NCBI RefSeq assembly: GCF_964355755.1
Contig: NC_092680.1
Span: 10,230,001 to 10,294,000, forward strand
Direction of reading: 5' to 3'
DNA from: Antedon mediterranea
Lineage: Eukaryota; Animalia; Echinodermata
DNA: 64,000 nucleotides
A program made the position numbers and the translations under genes. Positions 1-14,526 of the stretch are shown here, piece by piece. Under the pieces are notes generated by a model that was not told the DNA's origin, did not search any database, and was given only the letters and a program-made list of their open reading frames with translations. Each line of letters begins with the position of its first letter. The stretch's first letter is position 1.

Positions 1-343
1 TTTCCCTTGTGCTCGCCTACGTCAGAACTAACCATAATTTATATATACATTAGATACATTCTACTGTAACGGAATTAACAAATTGTGGAACGCGTTCAAA
101 TAAATCTATAAATCTATCTATAATTTTAAATTTTCAATAATAAATTAGCTCGGATGCAACCCAACGACAAGATTGACCAATCACAAATGACAGTTCTTGT
201 GAGCCATCGCGATTATTCTTTCGGTGACCACTTACTATCATCATTATACCACTACCACCGATTCTCTGCTGTATCTCTACATAAGATACTAGATTATGGA
301 TACAGTACCAAAAATTGGCTATTATAGTTTACGAAAAAGTTAC

Positions 344-507
344 CCTGTGTATGCCAATGGATGTTTCTTTGCCAGGGGAAATAGTGACGCCCTGATCCTC
401 TGGAAAAGGCATCTCCGACTGGTCGTGTATAAGGATTCGTAATCCGGCCGCGGGTTGTATATCTGAAATGTATTCATCCTGTTGTATATTCATTTCCAAT
501 GTTAAGC
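344..507 (-). CDS. DEG/ENaC coding exon 4 (gene continues beyond the left edge)
   Basis: Acceptor TTTTACAG, donor GTAAC; reads GLTLEMNIQQDEY...AGLRILIHDQSEMPFPEDQGVTISPGKETSIGI. Confidence 0.9.
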
Positions 508-1117
508 CTGTAAAAACAAACAGATCATTATAATTTTCTTTCAAAACAAAATTTTTCAGCACTGCCGATTATGAGACTTTTCAGCTTACAATTAACGGAA
601 TAATTAAAGTTTTTGGCCAAAGCTCTACGAACTGGTTCGGCAGTTCTTTCACTATGATCGACATATTATTTCTAATAAACCATGTGACAGCCTCTTAAGA
701 AGAGGCAATTGATTCGTTAATTTTCTATCAATAATGGTAAGTGTATGGATAAATAACTGTTAATTAAGTAACAGAGACTTGTGTGTGTGTAGTGTGCCTT
801 GTAAACCATGCATAATTCAATTCTTTTTTTTAATAGGTTACTCATTAGTCCTGTATTTGTATTAACGATAGATATATCAATCATTTTCATGAATTTTAGG
901 ATTAGACTATAATAATACAATACAATAGCATTAGGTCAAGTTCCTATAATGTAAATAAGAATAATACCGTAATAATTATGATCAGGATAATAACGGCAAG
1001 CCCATGGTACAAATAAAAAAGCCCCTTCCAACCGTACCCACTATCCTCGTCAGTCCCTTACTTCAATAGTAATATCTAGCCTTGGTTTAGTAGTAACAAC
1101 AAATGGTAAACGCTCAC

Positions 1118-1218
1118 CATATAGAGGTCCAGCATATGAGGTGTTACTTATATTGTTTTCAAGACCGTTAAACGTATAGCAATTACCGTACAGATAATTG
1201 TATGAAAATGTGAAATTT
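1118..1218 (-). CDS. DEG/ENaC coding exon 3
   Basis: Acceptor TTTTCAG, donor GTGAG; reads NFTFSYNYLYGNCYTFNG...AGPLYG (GNCYTFN signature). Confidence 0.9.
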
Positions 1219-1527
1219 CTGAAAACAAAGAGATATTGTTATTATTAATATTGCCCCCTATAAAGTTTATCTAGCCAATCTAGTATAAATATTAATTAAT
1301 CATTAAGACATCCACACACATATTAAATTCAAGAAATTAGCCTAAGCAATCAGGAACTATGCGAATAAAATGCAAAGCGATATCGTGGTGCTATTTAAAA
1401 TTCCACATGTTCTATTCAGGACGATAAATTTGGAAAATATGCAAACAAAACAAGCAAGCAGACAAACAATGCACATTTTGTTTTGCCAAATAATGGTACC
1501 AACTTGAACAGTATTCTAATGCCTTAC

Positions 1528-1709
1528 GCTGGTACACATGGGTATCCATTGAAATTACACGACAGCATAGAGCTAGTGACCATGTGACCTGCATACTCTC
1601 TGTCTTCATATGGCATTTTGGCGAGTGTTTCTGTCACTGCGCTGATCATATCAAAGTAACCTTCACGACTTTCAAGATTAGAGCTCGTCCATTCCATAAA
1701 TTGATCATC
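1528..1709 (-). CDS. DEG/ENaC coding exon 2
   Basis: Acceptor TTTTTAG, donor GTAAG; reads DDQFMEW...AGHMVTSSMLSCNFNGYPCVP (ENaC GH..ML.C.F.G..C motif); phase fits the neighbouring exons. Confidence 0.85.
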
Positions 1710-1839
1710 CTAAAAACACACTCAATTTCAATCTTTTATTTCCAGATCCCAGTTCATACAGTATATAATTATAATTACGTATTAACATAATATTTAAAAG
1801 CCTATGAGTGACTGAGACAATATGATAATTAACACCTAC

Positions 1840-2214
1840 CTGTTCCATAGCCTGATTATTTAATGAACTATGTAATTCAGGAGTTTTCAGTAAATATGAA
1901 AGTTTCATTCCGTTTAAGTTACAAATGGTGACAGCAGGGAATATAAGAGTAGTTGCCACTCGAACTTCCAAGTTTGTGGTGATCTGCCAAGATATGTAGG
2001 CACTGACCAGAAGCGTCACTTGCCATACGCACACGGAGAATGAGACAAGAAATGCAAATACCCATAGAAGCCGTCTGCTAGGATACTGTGCGCGCTTTAT
2101 GTTGGGAATTCCATGCGCAGAAATATTTTCCATGCTGGTCCCTACAACAAGTGCCACATTCGTGCCATTTTCATCTTCAATTTTTGTTTTACTTAGTTCG
2201 TGAAGTAGAGTCAT
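1840..2214 (-). CDS. DEG/ENaC (ASIC-like) channel, coding exon 1
   Basis: ATG at 2214; HG motif (SAHGIPNI), hydrophobic TM1 (RRLLWVFAFLVSFSVCVWQV), FPAVTICNLN signature; donor CAG|GTAGGT at 1840/1839. Confidence 0.9.
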
Positions 2215-3639
2215 GATATCAGTCGTTCTTCACGTAAATTAATTAAAGTATCAATCTCCAGTTGGTATTTCTCCAGTTTAGTAACAACTAATTATTTAGC
2301 TATAAATGAAAAGAATGTTAATAACCATTTAGTATTAAAGTTCCGTCAACTGTAGGCTTTAACATTCAGTTGAAAAAAATCATAACATGTCATTTGGGCT
2401 TCCTTTAATCTACTGCTGTATACTCTAATGTATATAGACCAAATGTGAAGATTTACATATAGGAAAAGTACGGGTTAAGGAAGAAATTTAATTTAATAAT
2501 ATTTCATAATTACAAATTACAAAGTTGTATGTTTACCCATTGTTTACCATTACGTCTTAGAAATCTAAATTACAATAGTTAAACCAGAAATCATAATTGC
2601 AAATTCCTAAAACGGTTAATAACCATTACACAATATCAAATATATTATGATAGGTTTGATAATAACAACATTAATTACCGTTTTGTTACATCTTTAATGT
2701 TAAATAGATGGCCTACCTTGTCAGTTTTCCAAACAACTTGATTATGTTAACTTGTATATTACAGAAAACCTGTCACTGCATTGGTTGATGAGACACTAAA
2801 TGAGAGATTTATTAAACACGCTTTTACCTGTAGCTGGTGTCGAAGTGGCGCACTTTAAACTCGTGCATGTACTTACCTTTATTAACAGCAAAATCAATCA
2901 GGCGGTGTCGTAATTAGAATGTCGATATCTACGAGAAATACAAAAAGAAACTATAGCAACGTTGGTTTTATAGTAATTAAAGTGTGTTATATTGAATTTA
3001 GAAATGATTGCATATAAATTCACGATTGAGATTCATTACATTTCATTTCGTTTCATTATTTATTTGGTCTATTTAAGTATATACAAAACAAAAACAAACT
3101 GAAATTGGGGAGACCAGGGTCAACCTAAGTGAACTTAATCACTGTAGCTGAGCCGGTTGACCCAACCCCAAAGTCAGATTACAGATTTATTAAGTAGTAT
3201 TTAGTAAAGTTTGTGGTTCATCGTGTGTTTAAAAACGTAACAACCGTCTTTTAGAGTTGTGTGGGCAAGTAAAATTGATTCGAATAAGTAGCGCAGTCTA
3301 ACTATAAGGTGATGTGACATTGCTAAACAAAACCAGTTTTATCACAGAGTATGGTACAGTACTAAGCCTTCCTTCACTCCCATTTGTACAGGTAATTGCT
3401 GGTGATACTTTTTTGTAGTGACATTTATTCTTTCTGGGAACGCAATCATAGAGAGTTTATTTGCAGCCTACTTTCTAATTTACATTCGTATTATATAACT
3501 CTATCAATAGTATTTAATAAGGTTTGCTGAGTTATTGCAATTATTGGCGTTGCTTAATGTGGTGCTTTGAGATTGTTTTCAATCTCTACTTAGCTTATTC
3601 TGATATTGATTCTTTCTTTTTCTCATTGTAAGAAAATCT

Positions 3640-5900
3640 ATCCTTGATTTATTGTTCTAAACACAAACACAACATGATTAAATTAGAATCATTGTCTCAA
3701 ATTAGACATTTTTCCAGACAGGTCGGAAGATAATTAATTATGTAGGCCTACTGTAATAGACAGGCAGCCCAGAGGTCTACCTGCAGACTTAGTCATTTCA
3801 AATGACTCTACCTTCGGATGACTTCAGGGCTTTTAGGAAACCCTGCAGAAGGTTCGTTGGGACTTATAACAAGAATCAGGGCAACACCCCTGATTCAGTT
3901 GTTAAAATTAATTGTCGACTTTCTAAAGCAGAGAAAAAACGTCTTTCCCGAGGACTTAAATTCTGCCCCAAACCAAGGCAGGTCGGCGCACAACAACTAT
4001 CTTTGGATATAGAGTCTTTCTCCAGAAGATTACGATTACGTGAATATTTTGCTGAGTCAGACAGCAGCACCACGAAAAACGAAGGCAACGTTAACAAATT
4101 TAAACCAAATAGTTCCTGGAATCACCTAAAAATTGTCCAGCTTTAGAAACATTTATTCGAGTCTCGAGTCCAGATAAACGTGACAATCTCTCAAAACAAG
4201 AGAGGCAGGCCATTGCCAAGTTGCGTCAGCGTAATGATATCCTCATTAAACCCGCTGATAAAGGTTCTGCCATTGTTGCTATGGACATCAAATTTTATGA
4301 AGAGGAATCCTTAAGACAGCTAAACAATCCTCTTCATTATATATCGTAAACGGATCACACCCCGGAAATTGCGGATAAGGTGGCCAAATCTGTTTCTGTG
4401 ATGGTAAAAAAACACTCCATCTGTCCTAAGATTGGACATTTGGCACAGGTCAATCCAGTTCCAGGCAGATTTTATTTCCTACCTAAAATCCACAAAACTG
4501 GCAATCCTGGTAGACCCATTATTTCGGGCAATGGCACTGCTACAGAAAAAATTTCTGAATATGGGGATGATTTACTTAGACCATATGTGACTAATCTCCC
4601 TTCATACATTCAGGACTCCACGGACTTTATCTGCAAAATTAACTAATAATTCTGTTCTGGCTACATTAGATGTTTCATCGTTGTATACCGTACTAATATC
4701 CGTCACGAAGAAGGAGCCGACGCATGTATTTTAAATTACAAACAAATTACAGGCAAAACGCCTACTAAAGCTCATTTATGAGAACTGGTCATGTTGATTT
4801 TAACAACAACAATTTTATTTTTGGAAATGACCATTACCTTCAAATTCATGGCACAGCGATGGGCACAAAAATGGCGCCATCTTTTACAAATTTATTTATG
4901 GGACAATTTGAGGCCAAATTTCTGTCCCTCCAACCTAATAAACCACTTTTTTGGTTTTATTTATTTATTCAAGATCCAGCAGTGTAAAGAAAAACAGGAT
5001 CGCCATAAATAAAAAAAAAATATAGATACATTGACGACATCTTCATGATCTGGACCTATGGTGAAGATAATTTGGAATTTTTTCTTCTCAATATTAATTC
5101 AGCCCACCCAACTATCAAATTTACAGCTACCAAATCCACTAAGTAGCGTTGATTTTTTTACGTAAACCCACGGATAAAAATATGTACCTGCTCCCTAGCA
5201 GTTGTCATCCCCAATACTGTACTATAAACATACCGAACAGTAAAGCATTACGTATCAGACATCTGTTCTTCAGATTTAAATTTTCAGAATCATACCGAAG
5301 AACTAACCGGACATCTCCGGAATAGAAATTACAAGAAGGAATACATCGAAACTGCTATAAAGAAAGCAAAAGATATTCCTCGATGTCAAACACTGACGTA
5401 CAAACTACGTCAGCCAAGTTCGACCAGAGTGCCATTGGTCACAACCTATCGCCCTAGGTTGCCTCTATTACGGGCTATTTATTTATTGAGAAACATATGC
5501 CCATTCTACAGTCCACAGAACGTCTCAGAACTGTTTTTCCGGAACCACCCATTATTGAATTTCGTAGACCTCTCAACCTTCGTGATATATTAGTCAGATC
5601 CAAATTTAATTGAAATCTCATATTCTAATGAAAAAGTTCATTGATATTAAGTTATGTTTACACTATCAAACTAGTTTGACAAAAAAAGTCACATTTGAGG
5701 CAAATCTTGCAAAACTTGTTCATTGGTTGATTCTAATGAAAAATTTAAGAGTAACCAAACTGGCCGTATTTTTCGGATAAGACAATCAATTAATTGTTTA
5801 ACCAAAAACGTCATTTATCTCATATACTGTAATATTTGTGGAAAACAGTACGTCGGAGAAACTAAAAAAAATAAATTACCCGAATCCGTACTTGTTATAT
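3640..5900 (+). mobile_element. Degraded Penelope-like retroelement (Neptune-type), RT + GIY-YIG
   Basis: Fragments [50 protein letters not shown] (~5020), NVIYLIYCNICGKQYVGET; many stops and frameshifts. Boundaries approximate. Confidence 0.85.
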
Positions 5901-5996
5901 ATATTTGGCTTATATAAGTTTTTTAAGTGAGCAGAGAAAAAGTCTGTCATTTGTGATACTGGTATAAGGATGCCAATGGGCATCCCATGGTGGTAA

Positions 5997-6290
5997 AATA
6001 ATAATAAATAATAATAAATAACATTTATAAAGCGCAAGAGACAAAGGTTTCAAAGCGCTGTGTTTTCCAAGATCTGTGCAAGTAGTAGCGTGCGATTATG
6101 CTTCTCTGAAGAGATGAGTTTTGAGTTTCGTTTTAAATGTGATAACAGATTTTGATGAGCGTATTTCGAGGGGTAGAGTGTTCCAGAGTTTTGGGGCTGC
6201 GACAGCGAAAGCACGATCACCGTAAAACCGAGTTCTGGAACGGGGTCCAGGTTTTAGAAGAAGTCTGCTGGTAGTAGGTAGTATCTCTCT
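5997..6290 (-). mobile_element. 3' end fragment of L2/CR1-group LINE
   Basis: GDRAFAVAAPKLWNTLP...FKTKLKTHLF C-terminus followed by a (TAT)n tail. Confidence 0.8.
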
Positions 6291-6904
6291 CATCTAACCG
6301 GGGGTGATTTTTTAGCACGTTTCGGGGTCCCCCGGTCTAGACGCAGCAGGGGGTACCCGGCAGACTCCCATTTTCATTGACTTAAAGTGACCCCCAACAC
6401 ACTTAAATAGTCAGATATTGGTACCTAGCTCATCTAACCAAATGTCTCTGAGCTGCCGGTCTATAATGCACCTCTTGCTTGAAGCACGCAATAAGTAAAT
6501 ATAGTAATTTATAGATAGAATCAAACCTTTTAGCGTGCCATTACGATATTTCGTAGTGTTCTCCAAGATTCCAATTATAATTTGTATAATGTATAAATTG
6601 TTTTTCATTTTTCATAGAATAAAAAGATATAGACTTCTTTCCTCCTTTTCAAAAACTTACTTTAAAAAACACCATTATTTAAAAACATAAAAATGCTACC
6701 TCGTATTACCCAATGCACTGATAAAGATCAGAACAAAGACATTAAATTAAATTTGACCTCAACACGTGCCGTATAATGTGATACAATTTGGCTAATTAAT
6801 GTGAATAATATACAAATATTTTTAGATTTGGAATAATGCCAGTAGTGTTTTTTGTTTGTGAATGAAACATCATTTCCTCATAAAACTAAAATATATATAT
6901 TTCG

Positions 6905-7990
6905 GTATCTTTTATTAATCAAAAAGTATATACATAAAACAAGTCATGGAAGTATAAACTGAATTGCGAACTGAGTAGTTAAATACATTATACAAAATAT
7001 ACAGAATTAAACAAAATGAGCAAAATGAAGATTAATACAATAGTTAAGTTACGGTACATAGTCAATTAATTAGTAGAAAAATATCTTTAAAAATATATAA
7101 TGTTTAAATATTCTAAAAAAAGATTTTTTATTTATTTTATCAACGAGTAGTAATGTACTGTAGTTTTCATTTTCATTCTTTTTCGTTCATTCATTTAGTA
7201 ATTTAGCCATTGATGGTATAGGGGAGCGTTGGAATCGTTTAGATCTACATTTATATTCTTTGTATTTAAGTGAATTTCGCATATTCATGTTATGTGTTTT
7301 ATTGTTTAGTGGGAACCATTCACTAAATCTATTGTTTTGTACACATTTGTGAGAAAAATGGGAAAAAGCAGGTCACGGCGGTCTGACAAACGTTCAAAGT
7401 CTAACTCAGTCAGGGCCGCATCGTATGATGTATAGTTCTCATAGCCTATTATACACCTGCAAGCCCTTTTCTGGACGCGTTCAATCAGGTTGGATTGTGC
7501 GTGGGTTATACCAAAATGCCAAACTGGGGCGGCGTATTCTAAAACGGGTCTGATGTAGACCTTAAATACAATGGACAGCTCCTCCTTATTGAAACCGCTT
7601 AGCTTGAGAAGTCTCAACATGAATAGTTTTTGGTTCCCCTTCTTAACTATTTCATTTGTATTGCTCTCCCATCTAAGATTATTATCAATCACGACACCTA
7701 GTAATTTGACTTTATCAGCAAGTGGTAACGCAGTACCATTAATTGTGAAATTCCGGTCTGGAAGTAAGCGGCGGGGGGTTAGGACAGGGTAGGTATGCTG
7801 GTAGCATGGACGTATCAATTGGGGGTTGTTGCTGGGAGTAACTAGCTAACTGGGCGTTTATTGCATTAGCGGTCATTAAGTAGTCCTCTGGGTTGACACC
7901 ATTAATATGGATAGTAGAGGATGGGTTTTTTTTATTCGTGATGCTGCGAATCTCCGAATGCCATCTCTTAACATTAGTTAAATATAAAAT
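6905..7990 (-). mobile_element. LINE fragment (CR1/L2 group), RT C-terminus and 3'UTR
   Basis: VKLLGVVIDNNLRW...YIRPVLEYAAPVWH...IERVQKRA. Boundaries approximate. Confidence 0.75.
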
Positions 7991-8636
7991 GTTGAAACGT
8001 TAGCAAGTAGAGTTAATCAGCAGATTGATATAAATCAAGAATGGAATCGATCCAATTCCCTTTTCCAATTATAAACGCTTACAAACATTATTTTTTGTTT
8101 TCAAATAATCACAAAATTTGAATAACAGATTAATGCATATTAATAATATACTATGCTCGGTTCCCACTTTAACGCAACGCAAGGACGTATACGTAACGCA
8201 GGTGAGTAGACCAATAAAAAAGGACAATGCAGGAGATGTAAGACGTTGTGATTGCTTATTAAAATACTGTAGGTTTTTTAAAGTAATCACTTGCTTGAGC
8301 AATAGATATTATTGTGATTTTAAAAGAAAATGAAGATGTAAAAAATATTATTTTACATCTCCCTGCTACATATTTGTTTGTTCATTGTATTATTTGTATA
8401 CCGTATAATTTACGCAGTGTAAGTCCTAAAAATGTAGATTACGTACGTCACGTGGATCTTATGATAATGACAAATTAATATTAAGAGTCATATCCGTGTT
8501 TAGACAACGAATAGAACCGACTGATTCATTCTTATAGTTTCATAAAACCAAAATATTTTATTTGTGGTTAAGATGTTCAAATCCCGATTTCATTTTCTTC
8601 TTATAATAACACAAACAAAACTATGTACACTACTCT

Positions 8637-11600
8637 TACTCTAGTAGCTAGATCAACTTTCGTATGCGCTTTGAGGTCCAGAGAATTTGACTTCAGAAAT
8701 TGGTTTAGGGTGGTCAAACAATCATTTTTGGCTTGGTTACACATTTTGAAAATGTGGCGAAAGGTCAAAAGGTCAGGGTGAAAGGTCATAAGACCAAACA
8801 CCAATATGTCCTTAAATCTCAACAACCACTGGTCACAGCAAAGTAATTTTGGTCTCAAATTGATCAGAAGGTATACATTTATATTCAGTCTAATGGGACA
8901 TTTTAGTTAAAAATGACCGGAAATGACATTTCTGACCTTTGACCCACAACCCAGGGCATGTATTTATCTCCGTAACTACAGGTTGTAGACACTTAAATTT
9001 GGTTTTAAATTGTTCGAAATATATATTTTGTTATTTGTTACACATTTTGAAAAATGTTACAAAAGGTCAAATGGTCAGGGTCAAGGGTTATATGAGCAAA
9101 TATATAAAGGTACTTGTATCTCGGCAAACACTGGTCGCAGCAAGTCAATTTTGGTCTCAAAATGTTCAGAAGGCATGCATTTATATTCCGTCTAATGGGG
9201 CATTTTAGTAAAAAATTATTAGAAATGCCATTTCTGACCTTTGACCCACATACCAGGGCATCTTCATATCTCTGTAAGTACTGGTCGTAGAAACTTAAAT
9301 TTGGTATCAAATTGTTCGAAATATACATATTTACATTCATTAATAATAATAGAAAATGTGGTTAACAGATGAACAGAAAATACTATTACTAATGTTTCAA
9401 ACAAAAAACATATCTCTACACAACTTATCCTTAGACAGTAATGTTATGCAATAACTGATACTTTAAATTGTTTCAATTTCAAGTACTAGTTATTGCTGTC
9501 CACGAAAACATGTTGATATAAACGTCAAGCTCAACAGTTCTTCTCAGAATGCTAGAAGTAATTTGCCATGTGTATCCGATTAAACGCCCCGGGCATTTAT
9601 TGTTCAAAAGGGTTTTTAGGGGAGGGGAGGCATCTTTATTTGGGGTATAATATGGTAACATGTATAATCAAATAAATATCACCTAGATGTAAAAAAAATA
9701 CAGCACAATTAATATCTAAAACTGATAAAATTATGTCCAAAATGCTTGTTAAATTGTAGATTATGGTAGTTAATGAAATGTGTTGTGATACAATTATTTT
9801 GTAAATGCATGTGGCGGAGCGTTTATTCCACATGATGTTCTATTGGAGGGAATGGTGGCGTTTATTTGAGGGAGACTTTTATTCAAAGCGGGTGTTAATT
9901 CGAATAAATACTCGAGCTCAACAGTTAAGAATTCTAGAAGTAACATATCATAGTTACGCGAATGAAAGGCCCGGGCGCGCGGGCATTTATTTATTCAGGG
10001 AAGGCGTTTATTTTGTTTGGGTGTAATAATGGTAACATGTATAATCAAATAAATACACCCCAGATTTAAAAAAAATAAATTAATATAATAAGAATAATAA
10101 CTGGATTTAACCTCATTCTATTCTGGTGCAAGTACAATCATGTAACAGACAAAACTTATACATAATATGTATAAGTTTTGTCGGTGTATAGTATATACGT
10201 CTGTTCCCAGTGTAGATAATAAAACAATATATGTTTCTGGAGATTTATTATCAATACCACTAGGAACTTTGACATGTTTTAGGTACTGAATGCATTGACA
10301 ATAAAAGCATCATTCAGAAGTTATCATGTTAAAATCATACTACTGTACTACAGTACACAAGGGTGTTTTCAGGAAAGCTGGACATATTGTACAATAGTAT
10401 TGAAACTATGTATTGGCATTTAAAAATATGCAAAATATTGTTGTCAAATTGTAGTCACAAACAAACAGATGATAGAATGAAGATCCATTATGAGTGCAAT
10501 CGTGTCAGAATAATGATATGTCATTGTTTTATATCATAATACTGGCACCTTGAGGAGAAGATCCATTTAATGTTATCTACGACTGTGTCACTTTTATTCT
10601 AAAAGACAGAAACATTTCGTTAAAAAGCATAAAGAAGAAAACGAATCATGTAAAGTACCTTTTATCAGTTGGGAAACGAATTATAATTATTACAATTAGA
10701 GTATTTATTCGAATTAACACCCGCTTTGAATAAAAGCCTCCCTCAAATAAACGCCACCCCTCCAATAGAACATCATGTGGAATACGCTCACCATATGCAT
10801 TTACACAATGATTGTATCACAACACATTACATTAACTACCATAATCTACAATTTACCAAGCATTTTTTTCACTTTTTGATATTAATTGTGCTGTATTTTT
10901 TTTTTTACATCTAGGTGCTATTTATTTGATTATACATATTACCATATTATACCCCAAATAAAGATGCCTCCCCTCCCCCTAAAAACCCTTTTGAACAATA
11001 AATTCCCGGTTAATCGGATACACATGGCAAGTTACTTCTAGAATTCTGAAAAGAATTGTTGAGCTTGATGTTTCTATCAAAATGTTCTTAGAGACAGCAA
11101 TAACTAGTACTTGAAATTGAAACAATTTAAAGTATCAGTTATTGCATAACATTACTGTCTAAGGATAAGTTATGTAGACATATGTTTTTTTTTAAACATT
11201 AGTAATAGTATTTCTGTTCATCTTTTAACCACATTTTCTATTACAATGAATGTAAATATGTATATTTCGAACAATTTGATACCAAATTTAAGTTTCTACG
11301 ACCAGTACTTACAGAGATATGAAGATGCCATGATATGTGGGTCAAAGGTCAGAAATGGCATTTCTGATAATTTTTGACTAAAATGTCCCATTAGATTGAA
11401 TATGAAAGCATGCCTTTTGAACATTTTGAGACTAAAATTGACTTGCTACGACGAGTGGTTGCGAGATACAAGTATCTACTTATATTTGTTCATATAACCC
11501 TTGACCATGACCCTTTGACCTTTTGTAACATTTTAAAAAATGTGCAACAAATAACAAAATGTTTATTTCAAACAATTTAAGACCAAATTCAAGTGTCTAC

Positions 11601-11866
11601 GATCAGTAGTGACGGAGATACATACATGCCCTGGGGTGTGGGTCAAAGGTCAGAAATGGCATTTCCGGTCATTTTTGACTAAAATGTCCAATTAGACTGA
11701 ATATAAATGTATACCTTTTGATCAATTTGAGACCAAAAGTACCTCGCTGTGACCAGTGGTTGTCGAGATTTAAGGACCTATTGGTGTTTAGTTTGATAAC
11801 CTTTCACCCTGACCTTTTGACCTTTCGCCACATTTTCAAAATGTGTAACCACTAGCTACTAGAGTA
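8637..11866. mobile_element. Non-autonomous fold-back element, ~1.2-kb inverted arms
   Basis: 8637-9915 is largely the reverse complement of 10699-11866 (ends TACTCTAGTAGCTAG/CTAGCTACTAGAGTA; ~80 bp missing from the right arm); each arm holds two tandem ~300-bp units; no ORF. Confidence 0.8.
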
Positions 11867-13216
11867 TTTATCAAGAATTATTTAGGTAGAGCAAAATTTA
11901 AAGCCTAGGTCCACACATACATCATCTAAATGCTTTACTTTTGCCAATTTAGTCTGATTGCTCTCAAAATCAACATACGTACAACATTTTTACTTATACT
12001 TTTCGATCACATCAAGGCATTGTTTATTTTCTACCATCTTGATTGGTTTGTCTAGGTAACCGTCATTTATTCCTAATGATTTTATTAAACATGTTTAATC
12101 TTGTTAAATATTATGACCTTGTATTGAATGTATTTAAAATGCAAAGTATTATTATTCTTTAGACCTAAATCAATCTTTTCTCGAAGATACAATACAAATT
12201 ATTATGTGTGTACGTGACTGAAATGTCATGGTACTGATACAACTCATGTATTGTTTTACACGCGTGTAAAATTCGGTCGTTGGCTAACTAATTTTACGGG
12301 GAACGGGGAGGAGTCAGGGGGAAAACTGACCTCCCAAAATAAATCATGGGGGTTAAATATAGCATTATCAATCTAAAAATATGTCTTTCATATCTTGATA
12401 AAGGCGAATTTCGGGCATATCGCAGTATTAATTAACCTACTTAGCTTTACTAACAACAAATACATCACCTCCTCATTAGCGCGCCGTTTCAGAAATCCTG
12501 GGATCATTCGTTCGGCTCGTCCCCGACTTCCTTCAACGTATTCTGTGAATATGACGCCATTTCCATTACGAAGTTGCATGACCCGAACCGAGAAAATTCC
12601 AAAAATCAATGCAAGCAGACTGCCCGCTCGCGATTTTTATTTAATTTTCGTGTATAGTGTCATTTCCGGGCCGAATAGACTGAGAGGTACCATTTTATCA
12701 TGAATTTTATGTGCGAGAGTACCATTTCTAACCACCTAGGGGTGTCATTTATCTAAAATCGCTTTGTTGCCACAGACCCCACCAACTCAAACATTTGGTG
12801 TCTAAGCTCCCATCCCCTATTTAAAAATTAAGGATGCATCCCTTTAAAAACTGTTCCCGCGCCGCTGATTTTAATTTAATGTTAAATTCATTAAACACAT
12901 GATAACCAATTTGCATATTTTGAAAAATTATATGGGCATTATGGAGTGAAATGTTTTAAACCTTCTTTATTACACACTCATTTACATAAAGAAAAACTAC
13001 ATAAAACTATACATTTTGGTTTGCTACTGATTAGAACAGTTCAAACCTACAGCTTAATTTGCTACGTCACTTTGCAAATTGCAACAGTGAAGAGCAAAAA
13101 TGGCGAACGTCTACGATTTGGTATGGACTCATAATAATACGTTAAGGGTGCTGTCTACGTTTATACACCGAATGTCTGTTTGTGTTTATGTTGCAAGGCT
13201 ATTTTATTAAATACAT

Positions 13217-14511
13217 TATAGTATGTTGTTTTGTAGAGCACTCTTCAGTTCGAAACGGTTCATTTTTGTTGTGAATACTATTAGCATTTTGCAAAGCACG
13301 CTTGTTGAACTTGTGCACTCTTTGTGTTCATAATCAGTGTACCCTGTCCCGCATGCGATTTTTTTTTTCGTACATAAGTTGGGGACCCCCTCATGAAACG
13401 TCACAAAATAAACATGAATAATTCATCAGTTAAATTTGTTGTTCCGTGTGCACCCAAGCGTATAGCAACAAGAAGTGATTACACAACTGCGATACGATAC
13501 TTTTCTACAGTAGGCCTAGGATTCTAAGTCAATCCACGTGATTGCCTTCGCGCACTCTTCTTCACACAAAATGTGTCGAGTCGAGGCTAATCGACAGCTA
13601 GGCAAGACATTAAACTAAGTAGTAATTCATTGGACATAGCCCAATGAAATCTTAGACCCACAAGAATAAAGAATGTGTATAATTTGTGTACTGTATTTTT
13701 TTAATTCTGCTATTTTATTATCAAACAATATGCATGATGTAGGCTACTCAAAGGAACTTTAAAAATGCGCGTATATGAACACATGAGATGGGAAGATTTG
13801 ACCCACGAGAATAAAAAATGTATTTTTGTGTAATTTATTGTTTAATTTTGCTGACTTATTACTCGGATTGTGTCATACCAAAGATAACTATCTTTGGTCA
13901 TACCTAACACACACACGTCACACACACCCACAGCTACTACTAGAATAGACATGGGTTTAGAGACTAATAATTAGGCCTAATAGTATTAATAGAAACTATA
14001 ATTTTAACACGTAATTCTTTAGTAATAAATTATATTAAAAACACCATAAACTAAAGGCTGATTATTTCGACAATCCACACAAAACGCCGCTATCTTCTAT
14101 GAAATCGCACGCCGCAACAACAGCGGAGATAGGCCTAGAATCGTACCGCACTTGTGTAATCACTTCTTGTTGCTATACGCTTGGGTGCACACGGAACAAG
14201 AAAATTTAACTGATGAATTATTCATGTTTATTTTGTGACGTTTCATGAGGGGGTCTCCAACTTATGTACGAAAAAAAAAATCGCGTCCCGCATACCTGGC
14301 TCAGCCTATATATTGTGCCAGTTCTGCGGTAAATTTCATTTCGAAACCTGAGCTGCACTGACGAGATCTAATAAGATCGATACAGTACTGTCTGCATATG
14401 GGATATTTCGCTCCTCTACTTTCTGCAATACACATATATAGTATGTTGTTTTGTAGAGCACTCTTCAGTTCAAAACGGGGCATTTTTGTTGTGAATACTA
14501 TTAGCATTTTG
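13217..14511. repeat. 75-bp direct repeat pair (13217-13291 and 14437-14511)
   Basis: Near-identical TATAGTATGTTGTTTTGTAGAGCACTCTTCAG...TTAGCATTTTG; spacing ~280 bp once the MITE and one TSD copy are removed. Confidence 0.8.
13355..14284. mobile_element. MULE-type MITE
   Basis: ~135-bp TIRs starting GCGATTTTT; 9-bp TSD GTCCCGCAT at 13346-13354 and 14285-14293. Confidence 0.85.
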
Positions 14512-14526
14512 GATATTTTATATATA

